A stretch of 64,000 bases of DNA from Coriobacteriia bacterium (GTDB lineage Bacteria; Actinomycetota; Coriobacteriia; Anaerosomatales; PALSA-660), in contig JANYJF010000026.1 in assembly GCA_025361885.1 (NCBI GenBank), positions 1,762-65,761 on the forward strand, read 5' to 3'. The translations under genes and the position numbers were made by a program. Positions 27,785 through 36,486 of the stretch are shown one piece after another; the stretch's first letter is position 1, and every line of letters begins with the position of its first letter. Under the pieces are notes generated by a model. The model was given only the letters and a program-made list of their open reading frames with translations. It made no database searches and had not been told where the DNA came from.

Positions 27785-28540
27785 TCAGTCCTCCCGAGCA
27801 ACCTCCGCACGAGCCGTGTCGCGATTCCGCCGCTCGTTGGCGGTCCTGCGGAAGTTGAGTCCCTCGACCGCCAGCGAGAACAGGATCGCGAAGTAGACGT
27901 ACGTGCGGTCCACCTCGCGCCCGAAGCTGTCCGATATGAGCAGCACGCCCACGAGTACTAGGAACGCGAGGGCCAGGACCTTGATCGACGGGTGCTCGCG
28001 GATGAAGTCCGCGAGCTTGCCGGCGTACAGCATCATCACGACGATTGCGACGGTCATGGCGATGATGATCAGCGCGACTTGCTTCGTCAGGCCGACGGCC
28101 GTCAGCACCGAGTCGATGGCGAAGACCATGTCGATGACCGCGATCTGGGCGATCGTGGCCGCCAGCCCGAGCCTGGATGCCGCCGGGGGAGTGGCATCCT
28201 CATCCTTCAGCTCGGTGGTCTTGTAGACCTCCGTGACGGCCTTGTACACCAGGAAGACTCCGCCGGCGAGCAGGATGACGTCTTTGATGCTGAACCCGTG
28301 ACCAGCCACGGCGAACAGCTCGGCCTTCAGCCCCAGCATCCAAGAGATGCCGAGCACCATCGCTATGCGGCCGACAAGCGCCAGCGCCAGCCCGATCGTG
28401 CGTGCGCGCCCCTGCTGCTCCCTCGGCAGCGCCTGCGAGACGATCGCGATGAAGATCACGTTGTCCACGCCCAGGACGATCTCGAGGATCGTGAGCGTGA
28501 GCAGCGCGACGGCGTTGGAGAGCGTGAACAGTCCTGACAT
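27785..28540 (-). CDS. TerC-family integral membrane protein (251 aa)
   Basis: LTILEIVLGVDNVIFIAIV and the second repeat IDMVFAIDSVLTAVG are the paired TerC motifs. Confidence 0.9.
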   Translation of the reverse strand: MSGLFTLSNAVALLTLTILEIVLGVDNVIFIAIVSQALPREQQGRARTIGLALALVGRIAMVLGISWMLGLKAELFAVAGHGFSIKDVILLAGGVFLVYKAVTEVYKTTELKDEDATPPAASRLGLAATIAQIAVIDMVFAIDSVLTAVGLTKQVALIIIAMTVAIVVMMLYAGKLADFIREHPSIKVLALAFLVLVGVLLISDSFGREVDRTYVYFAILFSLAVEGLNFRRTANERRNRDTARAEVARED

Positions 28541-28695
28541 CGAGGGCCTTTCGGGCGACGAGGGCGGGCAGGACCATGATGCCCTAGTGCTTCACGCGGT
28601 TCAAACGCTTCAGGGCCGCGGTCGGTCGATCGCTCGGACTCATCAGCGCATGCGAGTCCCCGGGACGGGCGCCCACCGGGGGAAGGTGGTCGACC

Positions 28696-28736
28696 AAGCG
28701 AAGGACCCGGCGCCGTCGGCGCCGGGTCCTTCGCTT
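28696..28736 (-). terminator. Long perfect hairpin after the multicopper oxidase gene
   Basis: 19-bp stem AAGCGAAGGACCCGGCGCC / GGCGCCGGGTCCTTCGCTT with a 3-nt loop, between the MCO stop (28762) and the terC start (28540). Confidence 0.65.
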
Positions 28737-28761
28737 CTCAGTTCGCGGGCAACTTCGCCCG

Positions 28762-31620
28762 TTACTTCTTGACTGCCGGCGGCCGTGCGCCACCGTTGCC
28801 GCCGCCGAGCGGAGCGATCACCGGTGCGGATCCGTTGAACTGCACGGGTCGCATCATGTCGTTCTCCTCATGGCCGAGCAGGTGGCAGTGCCACACGTAC
28901 TCCCAGCCGAAGCTGATCGGCGTGTTGACAAAGCTCAGCGGGTTGCCGTCGGCCGGGTTTGTGACCGTGATCGTAGCGGTCTCGGGCATCGTGGGATCCG
29001 GCGGACGGAAGCTGTCGGGCACTTTGAAGGGGATGTTGCTGGGAGCCACCGCGCGGAAGGCCACGATCGCATCCTCCAGCGGGTTCATCCGCACCGTCTC
29101 TTTCCACCCGAGCTCGTTGGGATCCGGTGGGCGTATCGCTCCGTCCCAGCCGACCCGGTTGATAACCTGGACGTTGAACAGGTGGAAGTGGATCGAGTGG
29201 GTGTCGACGCCGTTGTGCGTGATCTTCCAGATCTGTGTCTGGCCGTTGTTGATGATCTCGGTGATGGGGTCGACGTAGCCCAAGGGGATAGTCGTTTGGG
29301 TGTTGAAGTTCGTGAACGGGAGCTCCACGCCGAGCGTCGCGTTCATGCGCCCGTAGTTGAGCTCGAAGAGCTCCTGTATCGCTTTCGGCTCCAAGGCGAC
29401 GGTCACGGTGGTATTCGAGTTGGGAGCCACGAAGTCGATGCTGGTGCTCGCGATCCTCGAGTAGGTGTCGACGGTCGCCGTGGTAAGCACTCCGGCGTAC
29501 GCGGTCTCCGGCACGATCGGAGCCGGCTGAGACGCCTTGAACGCCGTCGGGAGCGCCGTGTTCAGCGCGGCCATGTTGAACGCGGCGGCAGCCGGCGCGG
29601 TGCCGACGTCGAAGCGCATGACGGTGCGGGTGTTGGGCCCGTAGCCCTCGGGCGTGGTAGGAGCGCCACCCGTGGACTGCTGGTCCGGGTCGCCGGTGTA
29701 GTAGTCGAGGCGCGTGTCGAACGCGGGGACCGGCGCGGGAGCATCGTTGTACATGATCAGCTTCGAGCCCGCGGGCACCTGCGAGAAGTCCACGACGATG
29801 TCGGCGCGCTCCGCCGGCCCGAGCATGAGAGCATGGTCGGCCACGTTGAGCACGACGATGTCTCGGCGGTTGTAGTTGTAGTTGACCGGCTGGGCGGGGA
29901 TGACGACGGGCGCGGGGAGGAGGCCGCCCTCGGTTCCTATCTGGATGATGTCGGGGCCAGAGGTCGTGGGGTCAGGAACGCCACCGGCGCGACCGTCGAT
30001 GGGCCAGGTGGCCGGCCACGCAGGGTCGTTCACATGCGGCGCCGCGGTGACCATCTTGACCTCGGTGGGATGCGCCGGATCCACGTAGAACAGCGAGAGG
30101 TTCAAGGTGCGGTCGTTGCAGGCGTTGAGGACCCGGAAGCGGTAAGAGCGTCGCTCCACCGGCATCGTTGGATACGCTGTGCCGTTGACAACGGGGGTGT
30201 CCATGAAGGCCTCGGGCACCATCGACGGGTTCGGGATGCCCGGATCGAGCGCACCGATCACGGTGGCGCTCGGCACGGGGCCGTGCGCCAGACCGGCTGT
30301 GACGGGCGGCCAGAACCAGGGGCCGTAGTCCCAGCGGCCCATGGCGTTCGCGCCACCGGCGTCTTGTGGATTCTGGTTGGTCATGTAGACGTGCGGGAAC
30401 CACAGGTCGCCCTGCTTGCCCCACTTGGCGTAGTCCCAGGTCGGGTCCTGCTGCGACATCTGGGCGGGAGCCGGAACGAATGTCTTGTCCTGTATCACCA
30501 GCGGGACGCCGTAGCGATACACGCCGTCATTCTTGCCGGGCAGCGTCAACGCGTCGATGAGGCCGTCCTCGGTCGAGTCGGTCAGCAGGTAGCCGGCCGC
30601 TTCGCCGGCGTATACGTTGAGGCGCGTCATCCCGTAGGTGTGGTCGTGGTAGAACATCAGCCGCGCGCTCTGGTCGTTGCTGTACCAGAACGTCGCCGAG
30701 CCGGGACCGGGATCGGTCATGTCGGGCACGTTGGTCTGGCTGACACCCTTCTGGTACGGGGAGGGGTCGCCCTTCGGAACGATCCACTGGTGCGGCGTCC
30801 CGTCGCTGATCCACGGGGTCGCGCCGCCATGAAGGTGGATAGTCGCGCGGTTCTCCGTGTAGTTGCCCGCCGAGGGGCCTAGGGGTCCCTCTCCGGCGCC
30901 CATCGCGGTGGTGTCCACGGGAAGCCAGAGGTTCGCACCGGGTTTGTCTGACGTGGGGAGTTCATTGGTGAACTTGACTCGGACCGGCCGATCGCGCTTC
31001 GCGATGATCAGTGGGCCGAGGTAGTGCGGGTTGTTGTCCGCGCCCGGAGCAAGGTCGACATAGCCGCGAAGCGTAGTCGGCGGCAGGTCGGAGTTCATCT
31101 GCTGCTTGTAGTCCTTCAGGCCGATCTCGTAGTAGTCCGACCCGGGATCGGCCGGATACGCGACTTTCTGCGCGATCGGGATGTACTGCCCGAGGTTGTT
31201 CGCGTTGTCAGCTCCGAGACCGGGCAACGTGTCCACGAACTTGCGGATCTGCGGGCTGTTCGCCCAGTTGGGGAACGGGCCGAAGTACGCGGTGACCGGC
31301 GACCCGGCCGTTGCCGCCGCGGAGACGCTCTTGGTCGCCGCGAGCGGGCTTGCTCCGGCTGTGGGACTCCAGAAGGAGGTCGAACGCGATGCGCCGGCGC
31401 GATCGGCCGCCGCTTGGCGCTGGGCGGCCGTCATGTGCGTCATCTTGGGCATCTTCGCCATGGCGCCGGCCATCGTCGGTGCCTTCATGGCCCCGGTACC
31501 CACGGTCGGGCTGGGTGCGCCCATCGCGACGGGCACCGCGCTTGGCAGAGCAAGTGAGACGAGAGCAGCCGCTGCAACGAGCAGCGGCATACTGAGACAT
31601 GCGGCCCTCCGCTTGTCCAT
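28762..31620 (-). CDS. Large secreted multicopper oxidase (952 aa)
   Basis: All four Cu-ligand motifs are present: TIHLHGG, MFYHDHTYG, HSIHFHLF and WHCHLLGHEENDMM. The N-terminal signal contains KRR (possible Tat). About 450 aa lie between motifs 2 and 3. Start at the ATG at 31620 follows AAAGGGG. Confidence 0.9.
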   Translation of the reverse strand: MDKRRAACLSMPLLVAAAALVSLALPSAVPVAMGAPSPTVGTGAMKAPTMAGAMAKMPKMTHMTAAQRQAAADRAGASRSTSFWSPTAGASPLAATKSVSAAATAGSPVTAYFGPFPNWANSPQIRKFVDTLPGLGADNANNLGQYIPIAQKVAYPADPGSDYYEIGLKDYKQQMNSDLPPTTLRGYVDLAPGADNNPHYLGPLIIAKRDRPVRVKFTNELPTSDKPGANLWLPVDTTAMGAGEGPLGPSAGNYTENRATIHLHGGATPWISDGTPHQWIVPKGDPSPYQKGVSQTNVPDMTDPGPGSATFWYSNDQSARLMFYHDHTYGMTRLNVYAGEAAGYLLTDSTEDGLIDALTLPGKNDGVYRYGVPLVIQDKTFVPAPAQMSQQDPTWDYAKWGKQGDLWFPHVYMTNQNPQDAGGANAMGRWDYGPWFWPPVTAGLAHGPVPSATVIGALDPGIPNPSMVPEAFMDTPVVNGTAYPTMPVERRSYRFRVLNACNDRTLNLSLFYVDPAHPTEVKMVTAAPHVNDPAWPATWPIDGRAGGVPDPTTSGPDIIQIGTEGGLLPAPVVIPAQPVNYNYNRRDIVVLNVADHALMLGPAERADIVVDFSQVPAGSKLIMYNDAPAPVPAFDTRLDYYTGDPDQQSTGGAPTTPEGYGPNTRTVMRFDVGTAPAAAAFNMAALNTALPTAFKASQPAPIVPETAYAGVLTTATVDTYSRIASTSIDFVAPNSNTTVTVALEPKAIQELFELNYGRMNATLGVELPFTNFNTQTTIPLGYVDPITEIINNGQTQIWKITHNGVDTHSIHFHLFNVQVINRVGWDGAIRPPDPNELGWKETVRMNPLEDAIVAFRAVAPSNIPFKVPDSFRPPDPTMPETATITVTNPADGNPLSFVNTPISFGWEYVWHCHLLGHEENDMMRPVQFNGSAPVIAPLGGGNGGARPPAVKK

Positions 31621-31798
31621 TGAACGACCCCTTTCGAATCCACGGAGCTTCAGTGGCTGGTGCTTTCCCGCGCAGAGCGGAGCTCTAACGCCGAGCCGCC
31701 TGGCGCCATGTTTGAGAGTAGCAGCGGGGGGCACCAGTAGAGAGAGTATTCCTGCTCCGAACGGGTCTCCGGGGCTTCGCGATCAAGAGGCGGGACAC

Positions 31799-32224
31799 AT
31801 GAGATACTACGAATCGTACGCCGACGTGCGGGCGGAACCGGAAGCGATCTGGGCGGTTCTGACCGATGCGAACGGCATGAGCGCATGGGACTCCGGGATC
31901 GACCGGGTCGAGGGGCGGATCGCGCCGGGCGAGACGATCCGGGTGCATGCGGCGGTCTCGCCGGGACGGACGTTCCCCATCAAGGTGACCGAGTTCTCGC
32001 CGCCGAAGCGCATGGTGTGGACGGGTGGCATGCCCCTGGGGTTGTTCAAGGGGGTCCGCACCTTCACAGTCTCGTCGCACCGGGACGGCACCGTGCGGCT
32101 CACGGTTCGCGAGGAATACACCGGTGCGTTGCTCGGGATGATGTGGAGGTCGATGCCCGATCTCGGTCCGTCGTTCGAGCAGTTCGTGCAGGGCTTGAAG
32201 AAGAAGGTCGAAGCAGGCTCCTAG
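31799..32224 (+). CDS. SRPBCC (START/polyketide-cyclase-like) superfamily protein (141 aa)
   Basis: Size and the pattern IWAVLTD...WDSGI...V.F.PP.R..W are typical of the SRPBCC ligand-binding fold. Confidence 0.7.
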   Translation: MRYYESYADVRAEPEAIWAVLTDANGMSAWDSGIDRVEGRIAPGETIRVHAAVSPGRTFPIKVTEFSPPKRMVWTGGMPLGLFKGVRTFTVSSHRDGTVRLTVREEYTGALLGMMWRSMPDLGPSFEQFVQGLKKKVEAGS

Positions 32225-32295
32225 GGACCACCGGTCGCATCGTCTCGCGTCTCCACCCAGGTAGGCACAGCGTGCATGGCGAGGAAGCGCTCCCC

Positions 32296-32946
32296 CTAGC
32301 GACCAGCGCACTCGCGCTCGAGCAGCCTGCGTTTGCGCTCGACGCCCCACTTGTAGCCGCCCAAGCCACCGTCTGTGCGCACGACGCGGTGGCATGGCAC
32401 CACGATGGCGAGGTGGTTGTCGCCGCACGCGTTGGCGACCGCGCGCTGGGATGTCGGCGCGCCTATCTCCTTGGCGACTTCGGAGTATGTGGCGGTCACG
32501 CCCTGCGGGATCCTCAGCAGCGCCTCCCACACGCAGCGCTGGAAGTCGGTGCCCTGCAAGTCGAGCGGGAGGCGTGGCATGTCGGCGATGCCGTCCACGT
32601 AGGCGGCGATGCGGGTCGCGCGGTCTCCGACCGCCGCCTCGTCGCGGTGCAGCGTGGCAGAGCCGAACTCCTCGCACAGCGCGGCGGTCAGGGTGGCTTC
32701 GTCGTCGGCGAGCATGGCGCAGCACAGGCCGGCCGCCGTGGCCCCGGCGAGCACGAGCCCGAGGTCGGACGTTGCGAAGGCGTAGCGGATGACGAGTCCC
32801 GCGCCTCCGCGGCGGTACACGCCGGGCGACGTCCCCACTCCGCGCGCGGTGGCCTCGTATGCGCCGCGAAACGCGCGCTGAAGGTACGACGGGCTCAGGC
32901 CCGCCCCGTCCGAGACCGCCACTCGCCGTCCGGCCTGCTCCGCCAC
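32296..32946 (-). CDS. Methylated-DNA-protein-cysteine methyltransferase with a residual half AraC HTH (Ada-derived, 216 aa)
   Basis: Active site PCHRVV and TYSEVAKEIG. The N-terminal LSPSYLQRAFR...GTSPGVYRR resembles only the second HTH of an AraC/Ada domain. An in-frame TGA lies upstream of the GTG start. Confidence 0.85.
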   Translation of the reverse strand: MAEQAGRRVAVSDGAGLSPSYLQRAFRGAYEATARGVGTSPGVYRRGGAGLVIRYAFATSDLGLVLAGATAAGLCCAMLADDEATLTAALCEEFGSATLHRDEAAVGDRATRIAAYVDGIADMPRLPLDLQGTDFQRCVWEALLRIPQGVTATYSEVAKEIGAPTSQRAVANACGDNHLAIVVPCHRVVRTDGGLGGYKWGVERKRRLLERECAGR

Positions 32947-33053
32947 GTTCCACGCTCCTCGGGTGCCCGCTCGTGTCCCTCACACGGTATCGTGATGCAT
33001 GCGGGGTACCAAGCGCCATCCGGTTCTTGTCCCATATCGCGAAGGGATCACAG

Positions 33054-33683
33054 GTGCGGCTGTTCATCGCGGGGGCGGCGGGGAGGACGGGTCGGATCGT
33101 CGTTCGACTCGCCTTGGATCGCGGGCACGAAGTCACGGCGTTCGTGCACGATCCCGCGAGCGCGCCCACACCACGTCCACGCCTGACAGTGGCCACGGGG
33201 GATGCGCGCGACCCGGCCGTGGTCGCACCGCTCGTCCCCGGTCATGACGCGGTCGTCTCGGTGCTCTCACACCCAGGTGCACCGGTCGTCACGGTCTTCT
33301 CTCAGGGTACTCGCGCCCTGGCTGACGCCGCTGAGGCAGCCGGCGTCGGCAGGTTCGTGGCGGTGTCGGCGGAGCCTGTGGGGATCGACCCCGCGAAGCT
33401 TCCGCTCGCGATCCAAGCGGTGCTGCTGCTCCCGCGGCTGCACGTCGTCTACGAGGACATGGCGCGCATGGAGCGCGACTTGCTCTCCCGCGAGGGACTC
33501 GACTGGACGATCGTACGCCCGGCGGTGCTCACGGGTCTGCCCGCGCGCGGACGCTACCGCACCTCCGTCGGCGATCTGGTGGAGGGCGGCATCACCATCT
33601 CGCGCGCCGACTTGGCGGGCTTCCTCCTTCGCGTGGTCGAGCAGGGCCTCCACGTCCGCGAACGGGTCGCCATCGCGGATTGA
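33054..33683 (+). CDS. NAD(P)H-binding NmrA/atypical-SDR-like protein (209 aa)
   Basis: VRLFIAGAAGRTGRIVV Rossmann motif. GTG start follows GAAGGGA. Confidence 0.8.
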   Translation: MRLFIAGAAGRTGRIVVRLALDRGHEVTAFVHDPASAPTPRPRLTVATGDARDPAVVAPLVPGHDAVVSVLSHPGAPVVTVFSQGTRALADAAEAAGVGRFVAVSAEPVGIDPAKLPLAIQAVLLLPRLHVVYEDMARMERDLLSREGLDWTIVRPAVLTGLPARGRYRTSVGDLVEGGITISRADLAGFLLRVVEQGLHVRERVAIAD

Positions 33684-33729
33684 GCGGAAGCGAGCGGCCA
33701 GGCCCTTCCCACGCGACGAGTTCCGAGCG

Positions 33730-34734
33730 CTACCTGCGGATGAAGACCGGTGTCCCGATCTCGACCATCGGGTAGAGCGCCTCGATGTCGCGACGGACGA
33801 GTCGCATGCAGCCGTGGCTCACCGGGCTGCCGACGGAGCCGTTCTTGTTAGTCCCGTGGATGCGGATGCCCGAGGCGCTCACGTACAGCGCGCGGGTGCC
33901 CAGCGGGTTGTTCACGCCGCCCTTGATGCGCTTCGGCATTCTGCGGGCCCAGCGGCTTCCCGGGTTGGTCCACGTCGGGAACTCGGCTTTGCCGGTGATC
34001 CGGAAGTCACCCGTCGGGGTGGGATAGCGCTTCTGGCCGATCGCGCACTTGTACGAGACCACGAGGCCCGGGCCGTCATAGAGGTAGACGCGACGCTGCC
34101 GCAGGACCACGACGATCGTGTGGCCGATGTTCCACTCCTCGACCGCGGGCCTCACGCCCGAAACGGTCAGCGCCAGGCTTCCGGACGTCTTGCCCCCGGC
34201 AGCCTCGTCGAGCAGGCGGGTAGCGATGCTGGCAGCGGCAGCGGCACGGTCGAGTGAACGGCCGTAGCCGGAGGGCGTGAGCACCAGGTTGTAGCCGGAC
34301 ATCACGCGAGTGGAGTTGACCGGGGCGCGGTCGACGGCAGCCCCGACACCAGCCACGAATGCGGCAACGGCCGTCGCGTCCACGCGGTATTTGGTCACCA
34401 GGGCGAAGGTGCCGGTCGCCGCGGGGTCGTACGCCTGCGCGAGCATGGCGTCGGCGTCGACACTCACGACGAGGAGCGGGTTGAACGAGAAGTTCGAGCC
34501 GGCCGCGGTGACGCTCAGCGGCGGCAGCGCCGGTGCGGCGACGGCGGCGAGGATGGCGGCGCGCGCGTCAGCCTCGGTCTTGCCACCCAGGTCGACACCG
34601 CCGACCGTCGGGTTGTTGGGAACCAGGCCCCGGTCAGGAGACGCGAATGCGAGCGCCGGTATGGCGATCACGGACAGCGCGAGCGCGAGCGCCAGCAGGA
34701 TGGCGAAAGAGCGGGTTCTCAGCGATGACCTCAT
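33730..34734 (-). CDS. L,D-transpeptidase (YkuD domain) with an N-terminal signal peptide (334 aa)
   Basis: C-terminal IRIHGT...SHGCMRL catalytic motif. Signal peptide MRSSLRTRSFAILLALALALSVIAIPALAFA. Confidence 0.85.
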   Translation of the reverse strand: MRSSLRTRSFAILLALALALSVIAIPALAFASPDRGLVPNNPTVGGVDLGGKTEADARAAILAAVAAPALPPLSVTAAGSNFSFNPLLVVSVDADAMLAQAYDPAATGTFALVTKYRVDATAVAAFVAGVGAAVDRAPVNSTRVMSGYNLVLTPSGYGRSLDRAAAAASIATRLLDEAAGGKTSGSLALTVSGVRPAVEEWNIGHTIVVVLRQRRVYLYDGPGLVVSYKCAIGQKRYPTPTGDFRITGKAEFPTWTNPGSRWARRMPKRIKGGVNNPLGTRALYVSASGIRIHGTNKNGSVGSPVSHGCMRLVRRDIEALYPMVEIGTPVFIRR

Positions 34735-34998
34735 GTGGACCCCCGAAGATGTGAGGACGGACCTCCGATTGCTGTCCGTAGTATACGTGGCCCCACCGAC
34801 ATTGCGAAGCAGCAAAGAATCCGATGCGCTCAAGGTACCCGGGGACAGGTTCCATCGCCCGGGAAGCGCGAGGGATGTAGACTGGTGGTACCCGCACGGT
34901 TCCCTTCGCCGCTGTTGCGCGACCGCGTCCGAGGGTAAGGAAGCCGGGGAGTGTGGATCCCGCGACCTATGGGTCGCGTGTCGAAGCGAGGGAGCGGC

Positions 34999-35358
34999 AT
35001 GATCCGTACCAAGCGTATCTACGACCGGGCCGATGAGTCGGACGGATTCCGCGTTCTCGTCGATCGTGTCTGGCCGGAGGGCGTCACGAAGGAACGCGCG
35101 GCGCTCGGGGAGTGGCTGAAGGCCGCGGCGCCGAGCGCCAAGCTTCGAAGGTGGTATGGCGACAGCGATGCGAAGACGACGGAGTTCGCGGTCCGTTATC
35201 GCGCGGAGCTGCAGGAACGGCCGGAGACGCTGGATCACCTGGCTGAACTCGAGCGCGAGCACGGGACCGTCACCTTGGTCTACGCCACCAGGGACCCGGT
35301 GGTGAACAGCGCCGAGGTGCTCCGCGACGTGTTCGAGGAGCGCTCGGGCCGGCGCTGA
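34999..35358 (+). CDS. DUF488 family protein (119 aa)
   Basis: IRTKRIYD...DGFRVLVDRVWPEG and the later TLVYATRD are typical of DUF488. GAGGGAG RBS. Confidence 0.8.
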   Translation: MIRTKRIYDRADESDGFRVLVDRVWPEGVTKERAALGEWLKAAAPSAKLRRWYGDSDAKTTEFAVRYRAELQERPETLDHLAELEREHGTVTLVYATRDPVVNSAEVLRDVFEERSGRR

Positions 35359-35408
35359 GGCGAAGACCGCACGCACCTTTTCGCGACTCCCGGGCAACGC
35401 CGCTCGCC

Positions 35409-35437
35409 TTGACCCTGTCGGAGGCTGTCGCTACCAT
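35409..35437 (+). promoter_or_regulatory. Putative promoter of tRNA-Phe
   Basis: TTGACC, 17 nt, TACCAT, ending 13 nt upstream of the tRNA. Confidence 0.45.
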
Positions 35438-35450
35438 AAGCGGGCACCAC

Positions 35451-35526
35451 GGCCAGGTAGCTCAGTTGGTAGAGCAGGGGACTGAAAATTCCCGTGTCGG
35501 CGGTTCAAGTCCGTCTCTGGCCACCA
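35451..35526 (+). tRNA. tRNA-Phe (anticodon GAA)
   Basis: Manual cloverleaf: acceptor GGCCAGG/TCTGGCC, D-arm GCTC-AGTTGGTA-GAGC, anticodon arm GGGGA-CTGAAAA-TTCCC, T-arm GGCGG-TTCAAGT-CCGTC, discriminator A, encoded CCA. Confidence 0.95.
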
Positions 35527-35538
35527 TAGAAGATGACG

Positions 35539-35564
35539 ACGACCGGTCCCGAGGGGCCGGTCGT
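35539..35564 (+). terminator. Hairpin downstream of tRNA-Phe
   Basis: ACGACCGGTCCC-ga-GGGGCCGGTCGT followed by TCTGTGTGT. Confidence 0.5.
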
Positions 35565-35623
35565 TCTGTGTGTCTGAGCACGCGATCTGCGAGGTGCCCT
35601 GCCCGCGTCCATCCAATCATGAC

Positions 35624-35652
35624 TTGACAGGTCAGGAATGTGAACTTAGTAT
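35624..35652 (+). promoter_or_regulatory. Near-consensus sigma-70-type promoter of the FTR1 permease gene
   Basis: TTGACA, 17 nt, TAGTAT, in an unusually AT-rich 80-nt patch, 48 nt upstream of the ATG. Confidence 0.6.
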
Positions 35653-35684
35653 ACGCTTATCAAAAGACTTAGCACCTACTAAGT
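35644..35684 (+). promoter_or_regulatory. ACTTAG repeat set overlapping and following the -10 box (candidate metalloregulator operator)
   Basis: ACTTAGT at 35644-50 overlaps the -10 box. ACTTAG at 35667-72 and its inverted copy CTAAGT at 35679-84 form a palindrome with a 6-nt spacer. Confidence 0.4.
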
Positions 35685-35700
35685 GTGAGGGCGCAAAGCG

Positions 35701-36480
35701 ATGGACGCACTGGTAGTCACATTCCGAGAGGGGATCGAAGCCGTCCTCGTCGTCGGCATCATGATCGCGTTTCTCAGGAAGGCGGGGAGGGGCCATCTGG
35801 CTCGCTACGCCATGATCGGAGCGGCGGCTGCCGTCGCATTCAGCGTGGCCGTCGCAGTCGTGCTCCACGCGGTGGGCCTGAAAGCTGACAACGCCCTTGT
35901 CGAGGCGGTTCTCTATCTCGTCGCAGCGGTCGCCGTCACCACCATGGTGGTCTGGATGTTGCGCACCGGGAAGCGGATGAAAGAGGGGATCGAGTCACGG
36001 GTCGGCGGGATCCTCGCGAAGGACGCGGGCACGCGCGGGCTCGCGCTCACTCTCTTCGCGTTCGCGTTCTTCATGGTCGCCCGCGAGGGTGTCGAGACCG
36101 TCCTGTTCCTGGCGGCCCTGGCCGTCGGTAACGCGTCGAACTCGTTCCTGCTGGCGGGTGCCGTGGCCGGCCTGGCCCTGGCTGTCGTCTACGGAGTCCT
36201 GTTCACTCGCGGCAGTGCTCGCATCGACCTCCGCCTGTTCTTCGCCCTGACGGCGGGCGTGTTGTCCCTGCTCGCGCTCAAGCTGGTGGGCGGAAGCATC
36301 CACGAGTTCGAGGAGCTCGGCCTCATCCCGATGAGTGTCACGATGGCGCACGTGTTCGACTGGATCGCGAAGAGCAGCGTCATCGATTGGCTGTTCCTCG
36401 TGGCGCTGTCCATCCCGCTTCTCACACCGTGGCTGCGGCATTCCGACATCGGCCGCTCCAGGCTGGCGCCTCAGGAGTAG
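35701..36480 (+). CDS. FTR1/EfeU-family high-affinity iron permease (259 aa)
   Basis: Two REGxE motifs in TM1 and TM4 (FREGIEA, AREGVET). Seven predicted TM segments. Confidence 0.85.
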   Translation: MDALVVTFREGIEAVLVVGIMIAFLRKAGRGHLARYAMIGAAAAVAFSVAVAVVLHAVGLKADNALVEAVLYLVAAVAVTTMVVWMLRTGKRMKEGIESRVGGILAKDAGTRGLALTLFAFAFFMVAREGVETVLFLAALAVGNASNSFLLAGAVAGLALAVVYGVLFTRGSARIDLRLFFALTAGVLSLLALKLVGGSIHEFEELGLIPMSVTMAHVFDWIAKSSVIDWLFLVALSIPLLTPWLRHSDIGRSRLAPQE

Positions 36481-36486
36481 GAGCGC

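Noticed and set aside
28639-28646. A CUGAUGAG (hammerhead ribozyme core-like) octamer on the minus strand in the terC leader.
   Set aside because: No stem II hairpin followed by GAAA, and no stem I or III partners, can be drawn around it. It is most likely a chance occurrence inside a simple GGACUC/GAGUCC hairpin.
28541-28690. A yybP-ykoY (Mn2+) riboswitch, expected in the leader of the TerC-family gene.
   Set aside because: The minus-strand leader contains GGGGACUCGC and GUUUGAAC, which only loosely resemble the conserved GGGGAGUAG and UUGACA cores. I could not build the four-way or P1 pairing or find the GAGAC element. An Infernal scan with RF00080 would settle it.
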